DNA of 64,000 nucleotides from Leucoraja ocellata (lineage: Eukaryota). Location: NCBI GenBank assembly GCA_036785375.1, contig JAWMAR010000030.1, forward strand, positions 6,076,001 through 6,140,000. The letters run 5' to 3'. Made by a program: the position numbers and the translations under genes. The notes below the pieces were generated by a model. It did not search any database. It saw only the letters and a list, made by a program, of their open reading frames with translations, and was not told the origin of the DNA. This document shows positions 50,300 through 62,428 of this stretch, piece after piece; within the stretch, counting starts at the first letter, position 1; every line of letters starts with the position of its first letter.

Positions 50300-50333
50300 C
50301 TGTAGCTCCACTTCTGACCACCAGAGGGTGCTC
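50300..50333 (+). promoter_or_regulatory. Candidate CTCF site (core plus upstream module)
   Basis: TGACCACCAGAGGGTGCTC core preceded by CTGTAGCTCC and a 5-nt spacer. Confidence 0.55.
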
Positions 50334-50902
50334 CAGGATAGATTTCTGCTGTCCACTTGTTTCTATGTAGATTCAGACATTGTCAGCAGTAACCTGTTGG
50401 GAAATGCCAGCAGTTCTCTGCCAAGCTCTGTACAAGTCAGGTTATTGTGTGAAAGCTGTTGTTGCAAACTTGTTCGTTGTTCTTCAGTGGCAGTTTCCAG
50501 GCAGCCTGAATCCAGCAGTGAGGTGAGAGCTTATTGGAGTTCCCCAGTGCAGTGGGATATCTGTCCACTATAGCAGCCAAACAGAGAAACAGCAGACCCA
50601 TTAATTTATACGAAGGGCATTGGCCGCAAGAAATATGTTTTATTTTTAAAGTAATTTATATCACATATTTAAAATATATCCATTGCTTCCTTAGTGTTTA
50701 GTGTTGTTTGGATCTATACATAGACCCATTCCATCATATAATGGGATTACATCATGCAAGGCCATCATTTGAGGTCAGGAAAAATACTACTTACTACACA
50801 GGTCAGCAGTGTGCTCAAGAGAGCCTGAAAGCAGAGAGTGCCGTGAGGTTGGAATCGGCAAATATAATGGACAAGATCACCAAGCCTGCGCTTGGTCTCG
50901 CC

Positions 50903-51382
50903 AAGTGTTCCAGATGTAGGCTCCTATATATTGGCGAGACCAAACGCAGGCTCGGCGATCGTTTTACTGAACACTTTCGCTCAGTCCACCTAAACCTACC
51001 TTGTCTCCCGGTTGCTCAGCACTTTAACTCCCCCTTCCATTTCCAATCTGACCTTTCTGTCCTGGGCCCCCTCCATTGTCAGGGTGAGGCCCAGCGCATA
51101 TGGAGGAACAGCACCTTGTATTTTGCTGAGGTAGCTTACACCCCAGTGGTCTGAACATTGACTTCTCTAACTTCAAGTAGCGCTTGCTTTCCCTCTCTCT
51201 CCATCCCCTCCCCCTTCCCAGTTCTCCCACAAGTCTTACTATCTCCGACTACATTTTATCTCTGTACCACCCACTGCCCTGACATTAGTCTCAAGAAGGG
51301 TCTCGACCCAAAATGCCACTCATTCCTTCTCTCCATAGATGCTGCCTGACCCGCTGAGTTACTCCAACATTTTGTGTCAATC
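50903..51382 (+). mobile_element. Penelope-like element 3' end: GIY-YIG endonuclease plus pseudo-LTR
   Basis: CSRCRLLYIGETKRRLGDRFTEH...PVAQHFNSP. Confidence 0.85.
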
Positions 51383-51468
51383 TTAGAATGAAAAGATGGC
51401 AGACTCAAAGATCCTTTTGAAAATCTTTGAATGCACCGTCAAGGAATAAGGTGAGAAGGGATGTTATA

Positions 51469-51979
51469 GGGTGATTTTATCAAAGGTCAAATGAGCGTAG
51501 ATCCCCCCTCACGTGACCGAAATTAACGTGTTTTTAATTCCCGAGATTTTAAGATCCAAAATATCGGGAATTATCGCGTTTGCTCGCTGAATTTCATCAA
51601 AAGTAAGTTAATAATGCCTTACTTTTGATGAAATTCAGCGAGCAAACGCGATAATTCCCGATATTTTGGATCTTAAAATCTCCACGGCAAATGTCAGCTG
51701 TTCACTTCCGCTGCTTTCAACCTTCAGTTCCCTCTTGTAATTACCTTACTTTCTATCTTTTATTTTGCCTGAAAATTTAGGTCGCTGTGCTTCACGGTCA
51801 CCCCGACTAGCACAGAAAATTTCAGCTCAAAAATCGGCAGTTTTCCATTTTTTAACGGGTGGGAAAGTGCGTGTTTCCCCATTCACTTACATGTACCGAT
51901 CTGACATATGTCCTCCAGTTAAAATTTTCGGTCACGTGAGGGGGGATCTACGCTCATTTGACATTTGGTGAAATCACCC
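51469..51979. mobile_element. Non-autonomous TIR element (MITE) with an internal perfect palindrome, inserted into a CR1 fragment
   Basis: About 55-bp TIRs (gggtgattt...cacgtgaccgaaa, 3 mismatches) with TATA on both flanks; the flanks rejoin into a CR1 3' sequence (about 51440-52165). Confidence 0.85.
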
Positions 51980-53086
51980 TATAGAAAGCTGAGGGACATT
52001 ATTTTCACATAAAGGGTGGTGGATATTTGGATCGAGCTGTCAGAGGAGGTATTTGAGGCATGTACTATAATTTAAAGGACATTTGGACAGGTACATAAAT
52101 AGTGGAGGGATATGGGGCAGATGGGACTAATGTCGATGGGGGATTTTGATCAGCATTGGCAAGTTGGGTCAAAGGGTCTGTTTCCAGAAGATCAGACAGC
52201 AAGTCTGGAGAAAATGGATATGTGTAGTTTCAGATCAGGACCCTTCTTCAGACCTAGAATAAAGGGTCCACACCCAAAACGTTACCTATCCATTTTCTCC
52301 AGAGCTGCAGCCTGACCTGATGGGTTACTCCAGCATTTGTGTCTGTCTATGTGCAGCCAGATATTTAATTTGATATTATGATTCGCATCATGAGCCAAGG
52401 TGCCTGTTGTTCCAAAACACAAATAAGACCATGCCAGTTATAACGTAGTAGATTTATGTTTGGAAATAAAGGCTGTTTGAAGGAGAATTGTAATTGGAGA
52501 GAAGAGATCATGCTTTAAGCCTTCAGTAGTGGGTGTAACCAGTGAAACTCTGTGAGAGGTGGAGTGCTTGCACGATCTCCAAAGTGCCTTGTTATTATAT
52601 AAACTGCCCACTGTTGTTGTTATATAGGCAGTGATAAGCACAACAGATGTTTTTGCCATTATCAGCGGTAGAATGAAAGCATCCTTTAAATCTCTTAATT
52701 AATTTGTGGCACTTCTGGAATTTATGGTTTGATAGGATAATGTCCATTTTGTGAACGGTCAAATGTACATGATGCAGGTGAATAATTAATTATTATTCGT
52801 CTCCAATTGCCCTTGGGAAGGTGTTCGTGATTCACCTGGAATGGAGGCAGTCTGCATGGTCATGGTGTTCCCAGTGCTATAAGGAAATGAGCTCTTGCAT
52901 TTAGACCTAATGATGATGGAGTTGCAGTGTGTTTGCAAGTTGAAACAGCATATGATTTGAATAGAATGGTATCCCCATTCATCCACTTGCCTTTATAAAC
53001 AAGGATATGAACTGTATCTGAGCAATTCGTCGTTGTTCATCAAACATCCTCTTCAAGGCTGTGCTCCAGACATCTGTCCTTGCTAT

Positions 53087-53421
53087 TGTGGGGAAGTAAA
53101 TGAAACATATACCTTGGAGGTGACGTCACAGAGTGATTTCAGACCAGGTTTTCTTAGTGGACCCACTGAGTACCCAGCAGCCAATCAGTGTACTGTAGCG
53201 GTGCCTGCTAGCGCACGTAGATATCGAACTCGGCCTTCGGAAGCCACGGTCATGTGACTCGGGCGAACCTGTTGTTTTTGTGCGGTTTTTACCTTGCGCG
53301 CATCAGTTCAGCGCTGACCACCGTTGTGGGCAGACGTGTCTGATAAGCCTGTATGCTGCAACTTGAACTTTCGAATAAAGATCTGTTGAAAACTCCAGTA
53401 GTCGTTTCGCAGACCACTAAA
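53087..53421 (+). mobile_element. Putative solo LTR
   Basis: Begins TGT; CpG-rich; TGACGTCA (53121), CCAAT (53181) and AATAAA (53374) in promoter-to-polyA order; no clear CA end or TSD. Confidence 0.45.
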
Positions 53422-53767
53422 GTACCATTATAATTCTCTGAGATTAGCATTATGTCTCAATTTTTTTCTATGAATAGCTCCCTTTGCTGAGTGATGTACA
53501 GTATTGAGCTGACAGACTCTTTGCACTTTGTGAATACGTTGGTTATGCCCTGCGCCCATATTTGATTTTCCACTCCAACTCTCTTACTGATGTGAATTGA
53601 CAGAACTGGGTTTGGAGTGCAGGCAGCAAAAAAAACAGCAACAATAAAGATGAACGGAACAAACCCTTCTTTCTCAGCAGTGATGAAGAAATGCAGAGAG
53701 ATGTTGTGCTCCTGAGGCGGGTATGTTCTGAATCTTAAATCTAATTAACATAGGGTACAGTTCAATA

Positions 53768-54147
53768 GTCAAGAGTGTTTTATTATCATATGGCCCAGAT
53801 AGAACAATGACATTCTTACTTGCAGCAGCACAACGGAATATGTAAACATAGTGCACTGTAAACAATATAACAAATGAGAAAAATACAGTTCAGTGTGTGT
53901 ATACATACCCACCCATGCACAGGCACTCGCTCGCACACATACACACACACGCCCACACACACGCACACACACACACACACACACACATGCGCACACACAC
54001 ACACACACCCACACCCACACCCACACACACACACGTACACGTAAAAGAAAATCCGATAATAGTGCAATAATAGTGTGTGTAATTCAGAGCCTATTTGGAG
54101 GTTGTGGCGTTTAATAGCCTAATGGCTGCAGGGAAGAAACTGTTCTC
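53768..54147 (-). mobile_element. Rex1-like LINE 3' end containing a (CA)n microsatellite
   Basis: ttttattatcatatggcccagatagaacaatga...aatagcctaatggctgcagggaagaa. Confidence 0.65.
53934..54033. repeat. Imperfect (CA)n microsatellite
   Basis: Seen directly. Confidence 0.9.
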
Positions 54148-54283
54148 ACATTCACCTTCACAGAGCTGATGCACATGAGTAGGTTTTAGTTTATTATACC
54201 AAAGTACAGTACAGCTTTGTTTTGCATGCTCTGCAATCAAATCAGAAAATACTATACATAAATACAATCAAACCAAACCCAAG

Positions 54284-55000
54284 TTGGTGTGCTTGTACAT
54301 CAGTCACTGAAAGTAAACATGCAGGTACAGCAGGCAGTGAAGAAAGCTAATGGCATGTTGGCCTTCATTGCTAGTGGATTTGAGTTTAGGAGCAAGGAGG
54401 TCCTACTGCAGTTGTACAGGACCCTGGTGAGACTGCACCTGGAGTATTGTGTGCAATTTTGGTCTCCTAATTTGAGGAAGGACATTATTGCTATTGAGGG
54501 AGTGCAGCGTAAGTTCACCAGGTTAATTCCTGGGATGGTGGGACTGACATACGATGAAAGAATGGGTCGAATTGGCTTGTATTCACTGGAATTTAGAAGG
54601 ATGAGAGGAGATCTTATAAAAACATATAACATTCTTAAAGGATCGGACAGGCTAGACGCACGAAAAATGTTCCTCATGTTGGCGGATTCCAGAACCTGGG
54701 GTCGCAGTTTAAGAATAAGGGGTAGGCCATTTAGGACTGAGATGAGGAAAAACCTCTTCACCCAGAGAGTTGTGAATCTGTGGAATTCTCTGCCACAGAA
54801 AGCAGTGGAGGCCAATTCATTGGATGTTTTCAAGAGAGAGTTTAGATTTAGCTCTTAGGGCTAAAGGAATCAAGGGATATGGGGGGGAAAGCAGGAACGG
54901 GGGTACTGATTTTAGATGATCAGCCATGATTATATTGAATGGCGGTGCTGGCTCGAAGAGCTGAATGGCCTACTCCTGCACCTATTTTTCTATGTTTTTT
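54284..55000 (+). mobile_element. 5'-truncated CR1 LINE (ORF2 C-terminus plus 3' UTR)
   Basis: ORF 54289..54858 contains LYRTLVRLHLEYCVQFWSP, SLEFRRMRGDLI and FTQRVVNLWNSLP. Confidence 0.92.
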
Positions 55001-56530
55001 CTATAATAAGCAGTGAAAGGGAAAAATACAGTTCAGATATAGTCCTTGGCATTATAGTGCAAGAGTGCAGCATATAGCCTGGTTGTCATCTCCATCTGTC
55101 CCCAGGGATCAAGGATGACTGGCTCCCATTCTAGTTCAGATAGATGAAGCCAGTATGGAAACCATCAACTTTTCCACAGGAAGCGTAGGAGATGCTTGAT
55201 GGAGTAGGCATGTGGATAGTTTCATGTGGTGCACTCCTTCCACTGTTTATGAAAGTGTATATGTCCCTAACTTCAACCCAAACATTCCTTCGTCATTTTG
55301 GCCAGTGTTGCATCCCAAAGATGAAAGGGAATTTTTCATTTTGTTCAAAAAGCATTTGCACTGTCCAGTGGGTAATCTCTCGTGACAGAGCTTGGAATCG
55401 AGTACCTGTTTCCAAAGTATGGTGTTGGGCGTGTGAAGAAGATGGCTTGCTCATGCAACTGACAAACCAGGGCTTCTGTTGAAGACATGTTATCCATGAG
55501 ATTGGAGAGAATGCATTAGTGGCATTGTTCCAGTGCATTGAGGTGCCTGTAGTGGGGTAATCCAGATCTCAGAAGGAGGGCTGAAATCAATGCTTCCACA
55601 TAGATCATTAATTTATACTGTGGCTTGATTTTATGCTGTGGTTTGATATCTCTGTTCACATAGAGATAGTTCCTGAGATATAAGAAGAATGTATTAAAAC
55701 GTGTGTGTGTGTTTTAATTCTTGGGCTTTTGGTGAATCATTTCCATTCTTCACCTGAGAGAACTGTGGCCTCTACATTTCTCTCAGGTGAAGAATGTAAA
55801 AGATCCACCACCTGCTGTGAAGATATTTCTTTTCATCAATATCTGGAATGAATGTAGAACAGGACTACAAAGGAAACTAATCTCTGAACCACACTGTCTG
55901 TGACAACCATGATGCCAAATTAAATCAACTCAATTTCAGGCCGCTTTATTTTTTGTTATTTTCATTGACTTCTCTGACATCGATGTACACTATTCCCAAT
56001 GCAACTTTCTCATTTAGCATGTCTTAAAAAATGTTCACTGCTGCTTTGGAAAATTATTTGGAATTAACTTTTCCTTTGCTGAGTCTATCATTTCTCAAGT
56101 TCCCCTTTAGTACCTACATCGTTATTATAAATCTTTTCTTTTAATTAGATTTGATCTTATCCGTGACATTCTGAAACAGTTACTTATGAAATATAATTAT
56201 TGACAGAGCCGCTACAGTTCAGTCAGGTTTTATTTTAGATAAGCATTCTGTTGTTGACATATATGCTTTCTGTTTCGATATTAAGTGCTAATTCATGGTC
56301 ATTATCCCAAAGGTGCACACCTCCACTTAGATCTCTGGTTTGATCTTGTTCATTCCTCGATCAAATGAGGCAACATATCGTCCTCTGTAGATAAAAATGC
56401 TGGAGAAACTCCTCTGTATGCCTACCAATTTTAAGGAAGAATCTGAGCACATTTTGGTGTCCATTCCCTTCTTTCTACTTTTTAAACAGTCTTGATTAAC
56501 ATTTCTCAAGTAATGCCACTAATCACTGTT

Positions 56531-56980
56531 AATCCTCTGTCCCACTTAGGCGATATTTTAGGCGACTACAGGTGACTAGGCTGTCGCCACATGGTCGCTG
56601 GCAAAGATACTACAGCAAAAGTCGCGGGGTGTCGCCTATATGGTCGTGAATAGTCTCCTCAGTCGCCCAAAGAATCGTCGCGTTTTTCTGGTTTTTGAAA
56701 TTTCGATGGATTTTGAAATGTTCAAAACATTTCGGCGACAGTTGGCTCGACACCAATGAGCGTAGATTGACTTCTCCTGACGTAGGTGCTGTCGTAGGTT
56801 GTCGCCAGGATGACGTAGGTTGTCGCCAGTGCTGACCGTTTCTTTTGTTGTTAACATACGATTCTATTTCAAATTTTATGTCAAAGGGGAGGTCCAGTCG
56901 CCGGTTTTTCGGCGACCTGCTACGACTATGACAGTCGCCGGCAGTCGCCTAAAAATAGCCTAAGTGGGACAGGCCCATTA
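56531..56980. mobile_element. Non-autonomous DNA transposon (Harbinger-like MITE)
   Basis: TIRs ctgtcccacttaggc..ttttaggcgact / agtcgcctaaaaatagcctaagtgggacag; internal (gtcgcc) repeats; CpG-rich. Confidence 0.75.
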
Positions 56981-57899
56981 CTCTCCTGGAAATTTAGAGG
57001 GAAAAATAAAGCTTATTGGAACTGAAAGAAAAGGTGACACTGTGCTCAATCAATATAAACACGTTTAATAGATCAATGGTAGCTTTAAAAGAATAACTAT
57101 AATATCTATGAAAGTAAAACCTTTGGAACTGCAAAATCTCTGGATACTGAAAAAAAATTAATCAGTCTCCCCATCTCTTGAAAGCTCATAAAGAAAACTC
57201 ATACACTGTAGCTTGCAGTAGTTGATACACGCTACAGGAGAACAAATCTAGGTATCATATTCCACATTAATTATCCTCAAGCTGATATTATCTTCTAGGC
57301 CTCAATGTTTCTTTCATACACCCTCTAATGCTCAACTCTTCCACCACTGGTCACGTGTACAAGGGTTCACTTTAATTGCATTGTTGGCCTCAGAATAAAC
57401 AAACACAAGAAGTTGCCAAAACACATCCCATTAAGATGACTCACAATGCTGGAAACATAATGCAGTCACAATGCAATGATTAATTTGCAATTGGCCATCA
57501 GGTTTAGGATCTTGAAGGAGACACTGTCAGTTGCTGCAGTCTTTACTCTAAGATCTTTGGTCTTTACAGGCCTATTCACATGGTTAGTTGTTCACTTTCC
57601 ACAAACAACATCTTCACTTTTACCAATCTGATTATTTTAAAACACCCATTGATTTTGTTCAATAATTATCGATTAAATGCACTACAGAAGTTAAGACAAG
57701 TGATTAAGGGAGCAAATTCTCCTTGTGATAGTTTAGTGCCTGGGAGCTGTTTGTAACCCAAACAATTTGTAAGCTGAACATGGTGCTGCCTAGCAATATA
57801 TTTAAATAAAAGCATTGGCCAACCAACAGTAATGTGCAGCAAATGGTTTAACTCAATTCGGTTTGCAAGTTGAATTCCCCCACAATTGAAAATACCAGT

Positions 57900-58080
57900 C
57901 GCCGTTTTTTGTTGTTTTTTTTCCTTTTTCCTTCCGCCACAATATTTAATATGTAAAAGAATGTGATTCTATTCCATTCTGTTTGTAGTTTGTTTGTTTT
58001 TTTACACAATGTCCGCGAGCATTGCCACTTTTCATTTCACTGCACTCGTATGCGTATGTGACGAATAAACTTGACTTGAA
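57900..58080 (+). mobile_element. LINE 3' tail (Rex1-like)
   Basis: tttcatttcactgcac...gtgacgaataaacttgacttga. Confidence 0.5.
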
Positions 58081-60713
58081 ATTCATCCTACCACTATCCT
58101 GAATGCCCATAGGATCTGGAATAAGAAAATAAGAAGACTTGTTGCAACTGAAGTCCTGAACATAGGATAGTTTTTCTAGTTTAAGGAGGCCTTTATTTGA
58201 TATTGATTCAGCGTTGGTACAGATAGAAACAAAGTAAACATTCCAATGGGATGACCTTCCACTGAAATAGTTAAAATGACGAGTATGTATCTGTTGCTCT
58301 CAACTTGTACAATTTTCTGGTTTTAAATAAGTTGATTCCTCAAAGGAGAGGGGCCTGTCTTAAGAGAGAGTATTTATTGTAGTTGGCCAATAGTCTCTGA
58401 TTCAGGGAAATAAAGGGAAATTTGTGGGATCTTGGCAAAAATATATTGATGCTGCAGAGATGATATTCTGGACAATGAGTCCGGAAACGGGGAATGAATT
58501 CCTTGGATAATGGGTCAGCCTCTTCAGTTTGGAGGTTGCAATTAATGTAGTTCTTTGTGCAAGGGAATTCTGGATTTCAAGATTAAATATATTTAAGGCT
58601 GAATTAAATTGTTTTGGGGTTATTGGGATTAGAAAGGAAACAATGAGTAAAAGCTAAAGATTAGAGCAGGATTATATGCTTTGACTGTTATTTCTTTATG
58701 GACTAAAAATCAACCCGGAATGGACATTTTATTTAAACTATGGAATCCCACTCCTGCAAAATGTCTACATACTTAAGATTTAAAAATGTCAAATATTTAA
58801 TATTTATTTCTCTTTTCAGTTTTATTTCTTCTCTTAGTCTAATGTATTTTTCCTGCTCTGTACCTGATTTACCTAATTCATCCTACTGTTTTTTCCATTT
58901 TGTCCCTCTGTTTATTTCTCACTGGTTGAGGAAAAAGACTGCTTATGTGTTTGAGACCCAGATCTCAGATGCCTTCGTCGCATTATAATCAACCCACAGT
59001 CTGAGAGTCACAATTCTACTGAAGGATGAAGGAAAACTCGACTAACCTTCGTTACAGATTTACTGCATCACATGAGCTGAACAGCTGCACAACTGGCCCG
59101 AAATGTCATCTATTCTTTTTTCTCCACAGATGCTGCCTGACCCGCTGAGTTACTCAAGCACTGGAGTTAATTTTTTTTTCTAAACTAGCATTTACAATTT
59201 CTTGTCTCTGCAACTTTGTGTTTGGACATCTCACTTTCTGATGGAAAAGCTGAACATATCCAAAGGGCCTGGCAGTAACCGAACTCATCATTCAGTCTAA
59301 TTTTAACCCAATGGAAGATGATGGACTTGCGATGGTGACTATTTTTCTCTTTCCGCATATACTTCCAGGCACCCAGCTAAATATTTCCAGCATTTTCTAC
59401 TTTTATTTTCGATTCCCAGCACTGGCAGCATTGGGTTTTTATATCTTGCTTGACTGATCGATTCTTGGCAATTTCCCCTGCCTTAGTTATTCTGATGGGT
59501 CAAAGCATTATCACAATTGTTCCATCCATTTAGCTATTCCTTTTAGCCTAAAAGGTTGCTAAATCCTTTTTGATTCGCACAATGAAGCATTAGCATCCAC
59601 TTCCCAATCAGTCATTAGACGATTGATTTGCACGGCTGAAGAACATGATTAATGCTGTTTCGTTTGATTGTTGATGATTCATATTGCATTTCCCTTTCTG
59701 AAAGCTTTGCTATAATGATATAATGCTGAGGTTTTTAACTTGCACATATTGAAGTCAGATTGTTCCAGACAATTATGGCTTTTGCACCTACAATTGTTCT
59801 CATCTTTTTTGTACAGAAGTGGTATAAATGATTTAAAAATAATCACACAACTCTTGTTTGGTTTCCCATTCTCCCGTGATTGTTGGAACATTAATTGAGA
59901 GAAATAAATTGTGAGTCTCAGAAGCCTATTCATTCACAAATCCCTGGTAAAATACTCAAAAGGAATCAAAGGGAACATTTATCCACGGCAGTTAAATAAT
60001 TGAAGGGTTTTGATCTGAAACATCATCCATGCCTTTTCACCGGAGAGGACATGCTGAGTTATTCCAACATTTTGTGTCTATCCTTGGTATAAGCCAGCAT
60101 CTGCAGTTCCTTCCTGCTCACTATGCAGTGGAAGATGTACTTGTTAGAAATCATTCATCTCTTCTCCAGAACATTACAGCAGGATTTTCTTCCAGCAGTG
60201 TAATAGACCTAAACGTCTTTAATACCCACTTTTCATAATGTCAGCCGCGAGATGTTTGATGATAATGGCACCATATTCTCCTCCATGTGCAACTCCTCTG
60301 AAAACAAAGTAACCTACACCAAAACTTGCCATCACCTGATACATAGCAAGTAACTATCTCACCAAGCAAATGGCAGGCAATGAGCATCTCCAATAAGAGT
60401 GAGCCCAACATAATAATGTTATTATCTTTATCAAAGGTCCCACCATTGACAACCTGAGTATTAACATTAACCAAAATTTCATTACCCTGCATTATGGCTG
60501 TTCGAGTAATGAAAATTTTCCTTTAGTGTTATCAAATCCCGACGCAAACATTTGAGATACAGAGCAAAATTTGCTCTTACAGAATTTATGGAAAAAAGTA
60601 AATAAGTAATCAAAAAATATATTTCATTTTGAACTCTCACTTATTGTTGTACATGCACATGTCATGCTTTGTGATAAGAACTATGAAGCTAGACTGTTTT
60701 CTAAGAATACACT

Positions 60714-60733
60714 CCCCCCCCCCCCCCCCCCCC
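60714..60733. repeat. Poly-C run (20 nt)
   Basis: Seen directly. Confidence 0.9.
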
Positions 60734-62146
60734 ATTCCTTCCACCGGTGTAACGCGGGATTCACCCGTACTGCGACTAAAAGAACTGGTAGGATATTTGG
60801 ATGACAGTCCATATCCTTTCCACCACCTGAAAGACATGCAGAGCTCTGAGAATTCTTAGGAACGTCAACACCATCCAAGGCAAAATGGTACACTTGATTG
60901 GCAGCCCATTAACCACTGTGAATCTTTACTCCTTCACCATTGATGCACCACATTTGCATAAAGTGCCATCTATATAATGAAATGTAGTTATTTCCACACT
61001 TTCACAGTACCCTGCAAATCTGCCTCCATTATTATCAAGGACAATAAGTGCATGGGAATGCAACGCCTTCAGATTTCCCTCAAAGTCTCATTCCATCCTC
61101 ATTTTGAAAGATATTTCTGTGCTTACGTCATTGATGGGTGTGCATTGAAAAACTCCTTGCCCTATGGCACTGTGAGAATACAATGTAAGATGACAGCTCA
61201 GCAATTTTTCCAAAGTCAATTAGGCAAAGGCAATAAATGTTGGGTTTGTCAGTGATGTCCACACCCAATAAATAAAGTTCCTTTGTAGATTCAAAGAGAA
61301 ACAGTATCACCAGCTGCACTATCAGCTTCCAGCCAAAATGTGTTTCCTCTCTTCCACTAAGTGCAGCATGTTCTTTCCCATTGCCTTCTGAGCTCAAGGT
61401 TACCAGTAAGGGTATAGTAGTGTAGTGGTTACATACCTGTTTTTAGATAAGCAGAGCTCAGAACTAATAAACAAATTCAAATTGTGTCATGGCATGAATG
61501 AAATTTGAATCTAGTTATTGAAACCAATTTTGATTATGAATCGCTCAGATGCACTCATGTCCTGATGGAACTGATATTTGTTGCCCTACCCCTGTTCATC
61601 CAAATTTGATTGCAAAGCTGTAGCACCATGGTTAACTCCTGATTGCCATATTAGATGGCCTTGCAAATCGCTCAGTTCAATGCAACATGCATGTTGGCTT
61701 TCCCAACATGAACAAATAACAAATAGGCATTAGCCTCTATTACAGCATAAGTGTATTGTAGTTTCGCAATTTATAGGTGGCAGGACTTGTATCTCTGCAG
61801 AACTTTGAAGCGTGATTCTGGAATTGAACGGATCCAAAATTATTTAGCTGCAGATATAGTTGCAGTGAGCATCCTGCCAGCAAACTTTGTATGTTAAACT
61901 TGTTTGCACATGAATATTTTATGGCTTTATGCCCAATAATTTGCTTGATGTGCAAGTTGATAATTGCTAGTAGATTATTGTAGCTAAGGTAATTGGTTAA
62001 AAAAAAAATTTGGATTTGTTTTTTTACCCAGAGGAGGAAAGAGCCAAACTCATTGCCTGAAAATGTAGTGTAGGCAAAACCTTGCCATATTTAAACATAG
62101 ATATGTTGCAACTTACTGTGCTATGGAATAGAAGGCAGGACTCGGG

Positions 62147-62428
62147 TTTAGTTTAGATTAGTTTACAGATACAGCGCGGAAACTGGCTCTTCGGCCCACC
62201 GGGTCCACGCCGACCAGCGATCCCCCACATTAACACTATCCTACACCCACTAGGGACAATTTTTACATTTACCAAGCCAATTAACCTACAACCCTGTATG
62301 TCGGAAACCAACGAACTCGGAGAAAACCCACGCAGGTCACGGGGAAAATGTACAAACTCCGTATAGACAGAGCCTGTAGTCGACATTCGCTGTAAGGCAG
62401 TAACTCTACCACTGCACCACCATAACCG
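62147..62428 (-). mobile_element. HE1-like tRNA SINE
   Basis: Same family as the copies at 42070 and 49271. Confidence 0.7.

Noticed and set aside
50202-50573. 123-aa ORF or a possible minus-strand exon
   Set aside because: No recognisable homology; stop codons in the minus-strand frames I checked
53769-54114. CV- and HT-repeat ORFs
   Set aside because: Translations of the (CA)n microsatellite
54300-54833. 177-aa minus-strand ORF
   Set aside because: Antisense shadow of the CR1 ORF2 fragment
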